Positions 8,009-16,148 of a DNA stretch of 48,961 nt are shown piece by piece. A program made the position numbers and the translations under genes. The notes below the pieces were generated by a model, which saw only the letters and a program-made list of their open reading frames with translations, searched no databases and was not told where the DNA came from. Positions within the stretch are counted from its first letter, which is position 1, and each line of letters begins with the position of its first letter. The stretch spans positions 1 to 48,961 of the IMG/VR virus record IMGVR_UViG_3300032280_000731. One strand, 5' to 3'. The DNA is from a virus. Lineage: Duplodnaviria > Caudoviricetes.

Positions 8009-8450
8009 AAACCCTTTGTTTTTACAAACGCCACACCACCAAAACCTTCATTTTCCCAAGCAATTTGCACTCATTTCAAATATCCCTTATTTATTGACTA
8101 TTACATTAATGCCCCATAATCGCAATGTTTGAATGGGTAGCAGTATAAAACTACGTAAAAATAAAGATAAAAGGGACAAAACCCCCATCAACATAGCCTT
8201 CTATCTATATCACCCACTTTATACCCCCCTCTTTACCCCCCTCCCATTAAAGGCGGGGTGGGGGGGTAGCTATACCCTCCCTACAAGATGTGTAGGGGTC
8301 TGCTTGTGCGGGACGAGGCCATACCCACGCACTAAATTTTTTTCTGAATTTTTGAGAATTGACTTTTCCGGGTAGGGGGGTGGTCTTAATTTTTTTTGGA
8401 AATTTTTGGTGTAAATTTTTTTGTAAATTTTGGGGGTATATTTAAGTTGG
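8009..8450. other. non-coding element with poly-C/poly-G inverted repeats and AAATTTT tracts (candidate origin or packaging/terminal site)
   Basis: TACCCCCCTC twice, GGGGTGGGGGGGTA, CCCTACA/TGTAGGG, GTGCG/CGCAC and TATACCCCC (8220) / GGGGGTATA (8432). The C-rich to G-rich switch lies here. Confidence 0.55.
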
Positions 8451-8451
8451 T

Positions 8452-8517
8452 ATGAAACTAACCAAACTAATAAACTTTCTATTTGAAGAAGAAGAACGTC
8501 CTATGGTATTAACATGA
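8452..8517 (+). CDS. mini-ORF consisting of the leader motif only (MKLTKLINFLFEEEERPMVLT)
   Basis: Follows ATATTTA; ATGA-coupled to the next ORF; not in the ORF track. Confidence 0.6.
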   Translation: MKLTKLINFLFEEEERPMVLT

Positions 8518-8621
8518 AAAACAATCTAAAAACATTAATGGAATATTTGTTGGAAGTGGAAACTGCAAAAAGCCGCCATTTATTTGAAAATGGGGTATCG
8601 GGAGCCGAGGGAGAGAAATGA
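8514..8621 (+). CDS. mini-ORF with leader motif (MKNNLKTLMEYLLEVE…, 35 aa)
   Basis: ATGA overlaps on both sides; not in the ORF track. Confidence 0.6.
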   Translation: MKNNLKTLMEYLLEVETAKSRHLFENGVSGAEGEK

Positions 8622-9151
8622 GACTTGAGAGATTATTGGGATATTTGCTGGAGAACATAGAGGAGGCGATGGAGATAGAGCCGCCTTCTGGATATGTTAT
8701 AGAGATTAGCGGGGATCAGCGTCTTATCTTTATTAAGATGATGAAGTCAGATGGAAACCTCAGAAGCTTAAAAGGTTATATTAAGATAGCCCGAGGTATA
8801 ACTGTCCCTGATGGATTAGTTTGGGAAGTATCTAATGTAGAAGCTGATCATGGATATGGTCCCTTGTTATATGATATTGCGATGGAGATGGTATATTTGT
8901 TAGGCGGCGCAGGATTAATGCCGGATCGGACGAGTGTTAGTGGCGATGCAAAGACAGTTTGGCGCAAGTATTATGAACGTGGCGATATATATAAGGCGGC
9001 TTTACCGAAAGATATGTTTGAAACCGAGAGAATGAGCGAACGTCCTGAGTATATGAGATATTACTATTACAAGGCGAATACGGATCATATGAGTAGATTG
9101 AATAGCCTTGGACTACTTAAATCTAACGATTTTGATTTAGAGGACGTATGA
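8618..9151 (+). CDS. GNAT-fold acetyltransferase-like protein with leader motif
   Basis: HGYGPLLYDIAME (acetyl-CoA binding motif A variant) and SGDAKTVW (motif B). Confidence 0.7.
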   Translation: MRLERLLGYLLENIEEAMEIEPPSGYVIEISGDQRLIFIKMMKSDGNLRSLKGYIKIARGITVPDGLVWEVSNVEADHGYGPLLYDIAMEMVYLLGGAGLMPDRTSVSGDAKTVWRKYYERGDIYKAALPKDMFETERMSERPEYMRYYYYKANTDHMSRLNSLGLLKSNDFDLEDV

Positions 9152-10395
9152 AGCTAAAGAACTTAATAAACTATCTTTTAGAAGAAGCTGCACGAGGCGG
9201 CGAGTATTGGTATCACACTACATCTCCGGAGAATGCGAAGCTTATATTGCAGGGAGGATTGCGTATAAATCCAAGTGGTAAGGGTAAGAGCCGTGCGTCA
9301 TTAGATTGGATGCCGGAAGCCTATGGCGGTATAACGCCGATCTTTTTATCTCGTAAACCTGGAAGATATCATAATGGCGTTGTGCTGAAGGTAGACGTTA
9401 GTGGATTGGGTCTTGTAGCGGACATACCTGGATTAGTAGATTTTGGTGGGCGCTTAACTGAGGACAGTATATATTGGGACGAAGAAGAGACACCGGAAAA
9501 TCTTTGGGATTTGATGGATCCTGATACTGAGGAAAGTGTTAATGGTGAGTTATCGTTTGAATGGTTAAGAGAGCCTAACAATGATATATCCAGAGCTGCA
9601 ATAGCTATAACGGATACGGCTGCTGTCATACAGAACATAGGTCCGGAACGTATAGAAGCGATGGATATGATTGCGGAGAACATGGATGAAGCGGCATTAC
9701 GTGGATTTTCTTTGGATATATTGAAGAAGGAAACGAAGCGGCTAAAAGAACAAGGTGGATATATAGAAGACATATCATATGGATTATCTCAACTTGCCGA
9801 GAAGTATGATTTGCCATATATGGGAAGAGGAAGTTCCCGAGTTGTATATGCTTTGTCTACTGGTAAGGTATTAAAGATATCCAGGGATGAAAAAGGTATT
9901 GCCCAGACGGAGGCAGAGGTATCTGTATGGAGCAATCCTTCTACGAAAGAAGTAGCGGCACAGGTATTTGATTTTGATCCGGACTATAACTGGTCTGTCA
10001 TGGAGATAGCAAGAACGTTTGAGGTTCCATATAATGACTATAATGGATCTCTTGAACATGAACTTGGAATACCGACTGCATATGGAGTAGTCTTTGAAAT
10101 CCGAGACATTGCCGACGCACTTTTATCTGACCGTTCTGATGGTTTTTTACCAGAACAGATTACAGATAAGTTACTTGAATTACCACGTGGACAAGAAATT
10201 GTATTGCGGAAGAGACTTGATAAGTATTTAGAGAACCCGCATCCATTTGTTAATAAGATAGTTGATTTAATTGATAATAATGATTTAAATACAGGCGATG
10301 TAGTTTCTGATCACTTTGGCAAGACCGCTGATGGGCGTATTGTTTTGATAGATTACGGCTTATCAGAAGAAGTGGCGGAACAATATTATGAATGA
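9148..10395 (+). CDS. fusion of an ADP-ribosyltransferase-like domain and a protein kinase-like domain, with leader motif
   Basis: N-half: WYHTT…ILQGGL…IFLS…VLKVD…IGPERI. C-half: GRGSSRVVY, VLKIS, QTEAE, GD…FG, VLIDYG. Confidence 0.7.
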   Translation: MKLKNLINYLLEEAARGGEYWYHTTSPENAKLILQGGLRINPSGKGKSRASLDWMPEAYGGITPIFLSRKPGRYHNGVVLKVDVSGLGLVADIPGLVDFGGRLTEDSIYWDEEETPENLWDLMDPDTEESVNGELSFEWLREPNNDISRAAIAITDTAAVIQNIGPERIEAMDMIAENMDEAALRGFSLDILKKETKRLKEQGGYIEDISYGLSQLAEKYDLPYMGRGSSRVVYALSTGKVLKISRDEKGIAQTEAEVSVWSNPSTKEVAAQVFDFDPDYNWSVMEIARTFEVPYNDYNGSLEHELGIPTAYGVVFEIRDIADALLSDRSDGFLPEQITDKLLELPRGQEIVLRKRLDKYLENPHPFVNKIVDLIDNNDLNTGDVVSDHFGKTADGRIVLIDYGLSEEVAEQYYE

Positions 10396-10522
10396 TATTA
10401 TGTGAACATAGATCTAATGATATTTTATGTAACGGTTGGTTGCAGTTTATTTGGTTGGTGGTTTTTCTGGATTACAGATGAACAAAGATGATGTATTATA
10501 ATGTAGAGGCAAAGGTAAGAAT

Positions 10523-11110
10523 ATGAATAAGGGAACCATAGTTCAAATAGTATTGTTTTCAGTTTTATTAGTAGGTGCGGTTGTAGGTGTAATATATGGA
10601 GCTATCAATCACACAGAACCTGGAATGATGAATGTATGTTGGAGTAGAGGCGGTATAGCCGACTATTCTTGTTCAGAGGGTGGGGAAGCCATTAGATGGA
10701 ACCACAAACCATTAACTGTAGGAACTGACGGGGAAGAAGCCGCCGTTCGTTCTGCGATTAGTTTGATTAACGGTCAAGTTGGTTGTGAGGTATTGGTAGC
10801 GCCGGAAGCTGGTGGAGTTGATATTAATATACGGACTGCGGAAGCCCTTGGAAGCGGCAATGAGCGTGGCGGATCTGCGAGCCACATAAGAGACATTAAC
10901 GGCAACATGAGGGCTACGATTGAGTTATATGCGCCTGGAGAGCTATTGGTAAGAGTATTGGTTCATGAGTTAGGTCATGCACTTGGATTGGCACATGACG
11001 AATATAGAGCATCGATAATGTATCCTACGCAAGAAGGGATGACATCATTGGAAGTAGTTCAATTCAGCGAGAGTGATCGTGCATTGTTGCGTGATATGTA
11101 TTGTCGCTGA
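10523..11110 (+). CDS. membrane-anchored matrixin-like (metzincin) zinc metalloprotease
   Basis: N-terminal TM segment; HELGHALGLAH plus SIMYP Met-turn. Confidence 0.9.
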   Translation: MNKGTIVQIVLFSVLLVGAVVGVIYGAINHTEPGMMNVCWSRGGIADYSCSEGGEAIRWNHKPLTVGTDGEEAAVRSAISLINGQVGCEVLVAPEAGGVDINIRTAEALGSGNERGGSASHIRDINGNMRATIELYAPGELLVRVLVHELGHALGLAHDEYRASIMYPTQEGMTSLEVVQFSESDRALLRDMYCR

Positions 11111-11121
11111 TATTTAAGTTC

Positions 11122-13149
11122 ATGGCATATCCATTAAAAAGACATACAAAAGTAAGTTATAACGCATCTGGTTTCGTTTCTTATCAGGAAATAGAAATGG
11201 AAAAGATGTATTATATGCCAAATATTATTGACGAACCGAATAACTATTGGACTATTAATGGTTTAAATAAGCTTACCGGTGAAGTTGCATTTGCGCTAAC
11301 TGAATGCCCAATAAGAACCGGATATAGAGTTTTAATAACTGAGCTTATTAATAGTGATGTTAGCACATATCACATTCACGTTTTAAATACGAGCAATGAG
11401 TTGATATTAGATCAATCAGTTTTATCTTCTGAGTATGGTTTAAGTTCAATGCGTTTTATTAGCTCTGCTTATATTATGCCGATTACTGTTCCTGTTAAGC
11501 CTACAGGATTAGTAGCTACGGTATTGAATAAGAACAGTATATCATTAACATGGACAGACAATTCAGATAACGAAGCATCATTTGTAATTCAGAGAAGTTT
11601 AAATGGAACTATTTGGATAGAAGTTGGAACTGTTAATGAAAACATAACAAGCTATATTGATAATGGTTTAAGTCCTTCTACTTCATATCAATATAGAATT
11701 GTTGCAAGAAATGCATTTGGAAATTCTTTACCATCACCCAAGAAGACCGCAACGACATTACCAGAAGTTCCTGTAGCCCCAAGTGACTTAATAGTAGAAG
11801 TTATGTCACAGTCTGTGATGCAACTATCATGGACAGATAACGCTAACAATGAAGATGGATATGTAGTTCAAATAAGCTTAAACGGTTCAACGTGGGCAAA
11901 TATTGCAACTATATCAACGCCAAACGTAAACAGCTATATTAGCACCGGATTAACTTCTGGGACCAAATATTTTTACAAAGTTTATGCATATAATACCGGG
12001 GGCAATTCTGAATACATAATAGAAAGTGCCACTACATTACCAAGTATACCAGTAGCACCAAGCGGATTAAGTGCTACGGTTTCTGGTTTGAATATAACTT
12101 TGAACTGGCTAGACAATGCCAATAATGAGGATGGATATAAGCTTGAACGTTCTTTGTATGGAAGCAAAACATTTGAGGAAATAGGAATGCTCTCCTCAAA
12201 TGTTACAACATACGAAGATATCGATTTGCCATCTGGAACAGAATATGAATATCGTGTCAGAGCATATAACATAGCAGGCAATTCTGAATATTCGAATACC
12301 ATTCAAGTAACGACAATGAATGCTCCAGATGCACCATTGGAATTTGTTGGATTTGCAGATAATCAAAATGGATATATTGAATTTATGTGGTCTGATGTAG
12401 CTGATGAAACAGGCTATATTATGGAGAGAAGTGATAATAATGGATCTACATGGACACAGTTGTCAGCTATAGCTACCAATGAGAACACGTATAAAGATTA
12501 TACCGCAGCTCCAGGTGTTTCATATTGTTATCGGATTTATGCATATAATGAAGTTGGTTCCGGAGGCTACTCAGACATTCTCGTGCTAAACTTGGCTGGC
12601 GCACCAACAGCTCCAAACAACCTAACCGCTACATCAGCAGGTTCAACTCAAATTAATTTAACATGGACTGATAACTCCAATGACGAAGTTGGATTTAAGT
12701 TGCAAATAAGTCTTGATCAATCAACTTGGAATACGATATATACAGCACAAGCAGGAGAAACAAGTTATTCAAATACGGGACTAAACAGCACAACAACATA
12801 TTATTACCGAGTATTTGCTTACAACGATATAGGCAACTCAGATTATAGCAATATTGGAAATGCAAAAACGTTCTTAAGTGCTCCAATTAATTTGACTGCC
12901 ACAGTTCCAACCGGTTTATATGTGGAATTAAATTGGACAAATACTGACGCATCAACTGTTGGATATGAAATAGAAAGAAAAGAAGGTAGTTCTAAAACCT
13001 GGATCCAAATTGCGACTAGAACAGTTAACAAAACTACATATGACGATGAAAATGTAATTAGCGGTGTAAATTATGATTATAGAGTTCGGTCATATAATGG
13101 AGACGGCAATTCTGATTACTCTGACGTAGCTACACAACTGTTACAATAA
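11122..13149 (+). CDS. protein with six fibronectin type III domains (probable virion decoration/adhesin)
   Basis: Six repeats of PxAPxxL…LxWxDNxxNExG…Y.YRVxAYNxxGxSxYS; no signal peptide; likely start ATG 11122. Confidence 0.9.
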   Translation: MAYPLKRHTKVSYNASGFVSYQEIEMEKMYYMPNIIDEPNNYWTINGLNKLTGEVAFALTECPIRTGYRVLITELINSDVSTYHIHVLNTSNELILDQSVLSSEYGLSSMRFISSAYIMPITVPVKPTGLVATVLNKNSISLTWTDNSDNEASFVIQRSLNGTIWIEVGTVNENITSYIDNGLSPSTSYQYRIVARNAFGNSLPSPKKTATTLPEVPVAPSDLIVEVMSQSVMQLSWTDNANNEDGYVVQISLNGSTWANIATISTPNVNSYISTGLTSGTKYFYKVYAYNTGGNSEYIIESATTLPSIPVAPSGLSATVSGLNITLNWLDNANNEDGYKLERSLYGSKTFEEIGMLSSNVTTYEDIDLPSGTEYEYRVRAYNIAGNSEYSNTIQVTTMNAPDAPLEFVGFADNQNGYIEFMWSDVADETGYIMERSDNNGSTWTQLSAIATNENTYKDYTAAPGVSYCYRIYAYNEVGSGGYSDILVLNLAGAPTAPNNLTATSAGSTQINLTWTDNSNDEVGFKLQISLDQSTWNTIYTAQAGETSYSNTGLNSTTTYYYRVFAYNDIGNSDYSNIGNAKTFLSAPINLTATVPTGLYVELNWTNTDASTVGYEIERKEGSSKTWIQIATRTVNKTTYDDENVISGVNYDYRVRSYNGDGNSDYSDVATQLLQ

Positions 13150-13187
13150 AGCTTATATTTTATAGATCTATAAAGCGAGGGTGTGAT

Positions 13188-13493
13188 ATGCTATCTGGCA
13201 AAATGGTATCTGGAGTTGAGAGAGTATTTAGACCTGTCCGTATACACGGATATGTTGGCAATCAATTACATCAAGAAGTTCATATGCATTACATTCATTT
13301 CTTAAATGAAGATGGAACTGTTCGTAAGAGTAAGCTTGATAGAATGGTTGAAGGTAAGCTTTGGATGGAAAGCACGGGACAAAGATCATTGTATGGGGAA
13401 TGTGATTATACGTTTCCAGATGGAACAGTAAAGCGCCTGATCCTTTTAGGAACAGACGCTCGTGGAAACCCGATGATACCTGGAGTTATGTGA
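13188..13493 (+). CDS. hypothetical protein
   Basis: GAGG RBS; ORF abuts a convergent gene. Confidence 0.65.
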   Translation: MLSGKMVSGVERVFRPVRIHGYVGNQLHQEVHMHYIHFLNEDGTVRKSKLDRMVEGKLWMESTGQRSLYGECDYTFPDGTVKRLILLGTDARGNPMIPGVM

Positions 13494-14318
13494 TTAGAAC
13501 AAGTCTTTTAATTTAAGAATTGTATGAACTCTTGGTTTAAGGATATTAGCTTTATTAGTTCTGCTGGTTAGATTTGGCAATGGAGAATAAGTTGTTTCTT
13601 CATGAGTATGTCCAGACAGAACCAATAGTTTTTTATCTGGCATATTCCTCATTAGGAAGAACAGAGCATCTCCCAAGATTTTAGAAGAGAAATGAGATAA
13701 GAAGTTGGTTGTCATTGGTAGACCGAAGTGTGTGCAATTTTCTTTAAAAGGCGGCACATGAACTGCGAGTATAACGTTATCTACTTGCTCAAAAGCCGAC
13801 TTAACTTTTTCTATAATAATTGTAGTAGCAGCTTCGCTCATACCTTTGAGACGAATAAATCTTTGTTCTGGAGTAACAAGTCCTTTAAGATTATCAATAA
13901 GTGTATAATCTTGGAACATAAAGGTGCGGTCTATGAGATTTGAATATTCTTCCGAATATCCACCATCCCACCAGTTTTGATGCCCAACTATAGCAACGTC
14001 ATCTGCAATCATATATGGAGGCATTATGGTTAATGGATATAAGTTATCTACGCTTATTGATAATAGTTTATCATGTTCTGTAGACAATTCTGAATGATAT
14101 ATATCATGGTTTCCTAAAATGAAAAAAACTGGCATAGGAGCCAGTTTTTTTGCTACTTTATATACATAATGTTGCCAGGAAGTTGCTTGCGCTATATCTC
14201 CTGTAATCAGGAGGGTATCATATTCTTCGGCACTTTGTAGAAATTTCTTAAATTGTTTATCATTAGCAAGTTCAAAGTGTGTATCTGTAGCCCAAGCAAT
14301 ATTTTTGAACTTTTTCAT
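13494..14318 (-). CDS. calcineurin-like metallophosphoesterase (CpdA/Icc-like)
   Basis: DTH, TGD, GNHD, HVPP and GHTH motifs. Confidence 0.9.
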   Translation of the reverse strand: MKKFKNIAWATDTHFELANDKQFKKFLQSAEEYDTLLITGDIAQATSWQHYVYKVAKKLAPMPVFFILGNHDIYHSELSTEHDKLLSISVDNLYPLTIMPPYMIADDVAIVGHQNWWDGGYSEEYSNLIDRTFMFQDYTLIDNLKGLVTPEQRFIRLKGMSEAATTIIIEKVKSAFEQVDNVILAVHVPPFKENCTHFGLPMTTNFLSHFSSKILGDALFFLMRNMPDKKLLVLSGHTHEETTYSPLPNLTSRTNKANILKPRVHTILKLKDLF

Positions 14319-14326
14319 GCATGTAA

Positions 14327-14656
14327 TTATTCGTTACCTGGGATAATAAGTTGAGGAGTTGAAGAACGTTCTAAAGTTGCAGAAACTGGGACGTTCTTTC
14401 TATTCTCTCCAATAGCCTTGGCTATAGATTTCATAACTTTATTATCTTCAAGTTCTAAAGATAGAAGATAGATTAGATAAAGCATTTGACGTTGGGAGAC
14501 GCCAAACTTACGTATTTCCATTACGATCTCTCTACAATCTTTACGTTTATTGACTGGGAGTTCAAGTTCAATATTTGGTTGTATGTATTCTTCACCATCT
14601 TGGGCTTCTTCTGTAAGGAGGCTATCCCAAGCTCCATCTTTATTTTCTTCGGTCAT
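14327..14656 (-). CDS. hypothetical protein
   Basis: ATGA-coupled within the minus-strand operon. Confidence 0.75.
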   Translation of the reverse strand: MTEENKDGAWDSLLTEEAQDGEEYIQPNIELELPVNKRKDCREIVMEIRKFGVSQRQMLYLIYLLSLELEDNKVMKSIAKAIGENRKNVPVSATLERSSTPQLIIPGNE

Positions 14657-15123
14657 ATAAGTCCTTCTTCACGTTCAAATGGTTTAACGTCATATATGGT
14701 TTCTCCAAGAATGACGATATATTTTCCTATAATGGTAGAACCTTCACGTTCTTGTGAAAGCGTAAATCCTCTGCCCCACAGACCATTTTGAATAATGAAT
14801 TGAGCTTCTTGCCAATAAGGCAGGGCACAATCATTTTGTTCTAATATGGATGCTAATCTTGGTGGGAGAGAGGATTTGATATCATCTATAGTAAGGAGAG
14901 CGTTCATGTTCTCTTTTTTAAGAACGGTGCTTCTTCCTATTTCTGTTACTTTATGAATGACGCCACAATTGTTACATTGAGCATATGAGGGGATGATCAA
15001 ACCATTAGCTGTGTCAATTTCTGAGAATACAAGAAATTTATGAAACACAATTGGGTTTGAGTTTTTAAATTGAGGCAATATGCATTTGCACTCAATCAGG
15101 TATTTTACATAATCTTTGGTCAT
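14653..15123 (-). CDS. hypothetical zinc-binding protein
   Basis: ECKC…CNNCGVIH. Confidence 0.75.
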   Translation of the reverse strand: MTKDYVKYLIECKCILPQFKNSNPIVFHKFLVFSEIDTANGLIIPSYAQCNNCGVIHKVTEIGRSTVLKKENMNALLTIDDIKSSLPPRLASILEQNDCALPYWQEAQFIIQNGLWGRGFTLSQEREGSTIIGKYIVILGETIYDVKPFEREEGLI

Positions 15124-15244
15124 AAGAAGAATTGGATTATATAAAAAGCCAAAGAAGAAATGGTAGTAGTAGCACCAACATATTTAGCGGCACGTTTCCA
15201 TTTCTCTTGTCTTTGTTTTTTAGCCTGATATTGTTCGAGTTCGG

Positions 15245-15568
15245 TCAGGCTACTGTCCGAGCTCTCTTGGATTTTCCCGGCGTTCTGCTTGTTGCCGTAG
15301 GTAGCCCAACATCCAAAGGGTTTTCTTGGTCTGTTAACTCCGTTAGGTCTTTATCGAGCTTTCCCATATAGCGATCAATTGAAGTCATGAAACCATTCTC
15401 AATGGCAGTCCGGACAATATCAAGAACAACGGTAAGCTGATCTCTATCAATCTCTGGATGCTTCTTGCGAATAGTAAGAACGGTAAAATCTACGGTTGAT
15501 TCCTTAATTTCATTAAGAAGTCCGTGGATATTTTTTTCAATAGCGGTTTCTAAACGTTTACGATCCAT
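15245..15568 (-). CDS. hypothetical protein; probable -1 frameshifted long isoform ends at 15120
   Basis: GAGG RBS; in-frame slippery heptamers C_CCT_TTG and G_GGA_AAA; the -1 frame is open to TGA 15122-15120. Confidence 0.75.
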   Translation of the reverse strand: MDRKRLETAIEKNIHGLLNEIKESTVDFTVLTIRKKHPEIDRDQLTVVLDIVRTAIENGFMTSIDRYMGKLDKDLTELTDQENPLDVGLPTATSRTPGKSKRARTVA

Positions 15569-15577
15569 ATTATCTCC

Positions 15578-16147
15578 TCAAATTGTCTCTTTAACCCTTA
15601 TCTTTCGTTTTGTATGTCTATCTGCGATACAGTTCGCAGCATATGATTCGGGTTTTAAGACGCAATCATAACCAGAGGATATAACATAACCTTTAAGTTG
15701 TTCGGAAAATGAGGAAGTGAATTCTTTTTTGGCGGGCAAGCTGGCATCTACGTGACAGATTGGTTTAATACCTGTTTGTTCGGTAATCATGTTGGCAACT
15801 TCTATAGTTCTTCCCACTTCGTCAAACATTCTCATTTTTTGATTTGAGCCGCCGAAATGTAGACGTTTAACATATTCTGATTTGTAATAATATGTGCCGC
15901 CCTTGCCACGTTCCCATAGAGCTATTACGGTAATATAGAAGAGATATTTGCCACGATATTGACTATCGGTGCCTACGGCAATTTCACAATCTTTGTTAAA
16001 ACGTAAACGTCTTAAGTGTTCAAGAACTTGAGAAGTATCAAAACGACTTTTGGCACCTGGAGATTTCCAGAGTGAACTGTAGGTGTTGTTGATATCTACC
16101 TCTTCTTCAAGATCATAGTTTGTTTCTATAGCCAATGTAGACATCAT
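15578..16147 (-). CDS. RNase H-like YkuK/DUF458 family protein
   Basis: VGTDSQ, RMFDEV, HVD and KPESYAA…AD motifs; likely start 16147. Confidence 0.8.
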   Translation of the reverse strand: MMSTLAIETNYDLEEEVDINNTYSSLWKSPGAKSRFDTSQVLEHLRRLRFNKDCEIAVGTDSQYRGKYLFYITVIALWERGKGGTYYYKSEYVKRLHFGGSNQKMRMFDEVGRTIEVANMITEQTGIKPICHVDASLPAKKEFTSSFSEQLKGYVISSGYDCVLKPESYAANCIADRHTKRKIRVKETI

Positions 16148-16148
16148 A

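Noticed and set aside
8133-8375. 80-aa ORF across the poly-C/poly-G element
   Set aside because: It has no RBS and its translation simply mirrors the homopolymer runs; it is more likely non-coding.
10392-10491. Short hydrophobic ORFs after the ART-kinase gene
   Set aside because: Two competing frames under 30 aa, with no leader motif or clear RBS; neither can be supported.
15132-15371. Plus-strand 79-aa ORF
   Set aside because: It is antisense to the minus-strand operon and is better explained as a shadow of the frameshifted extension.
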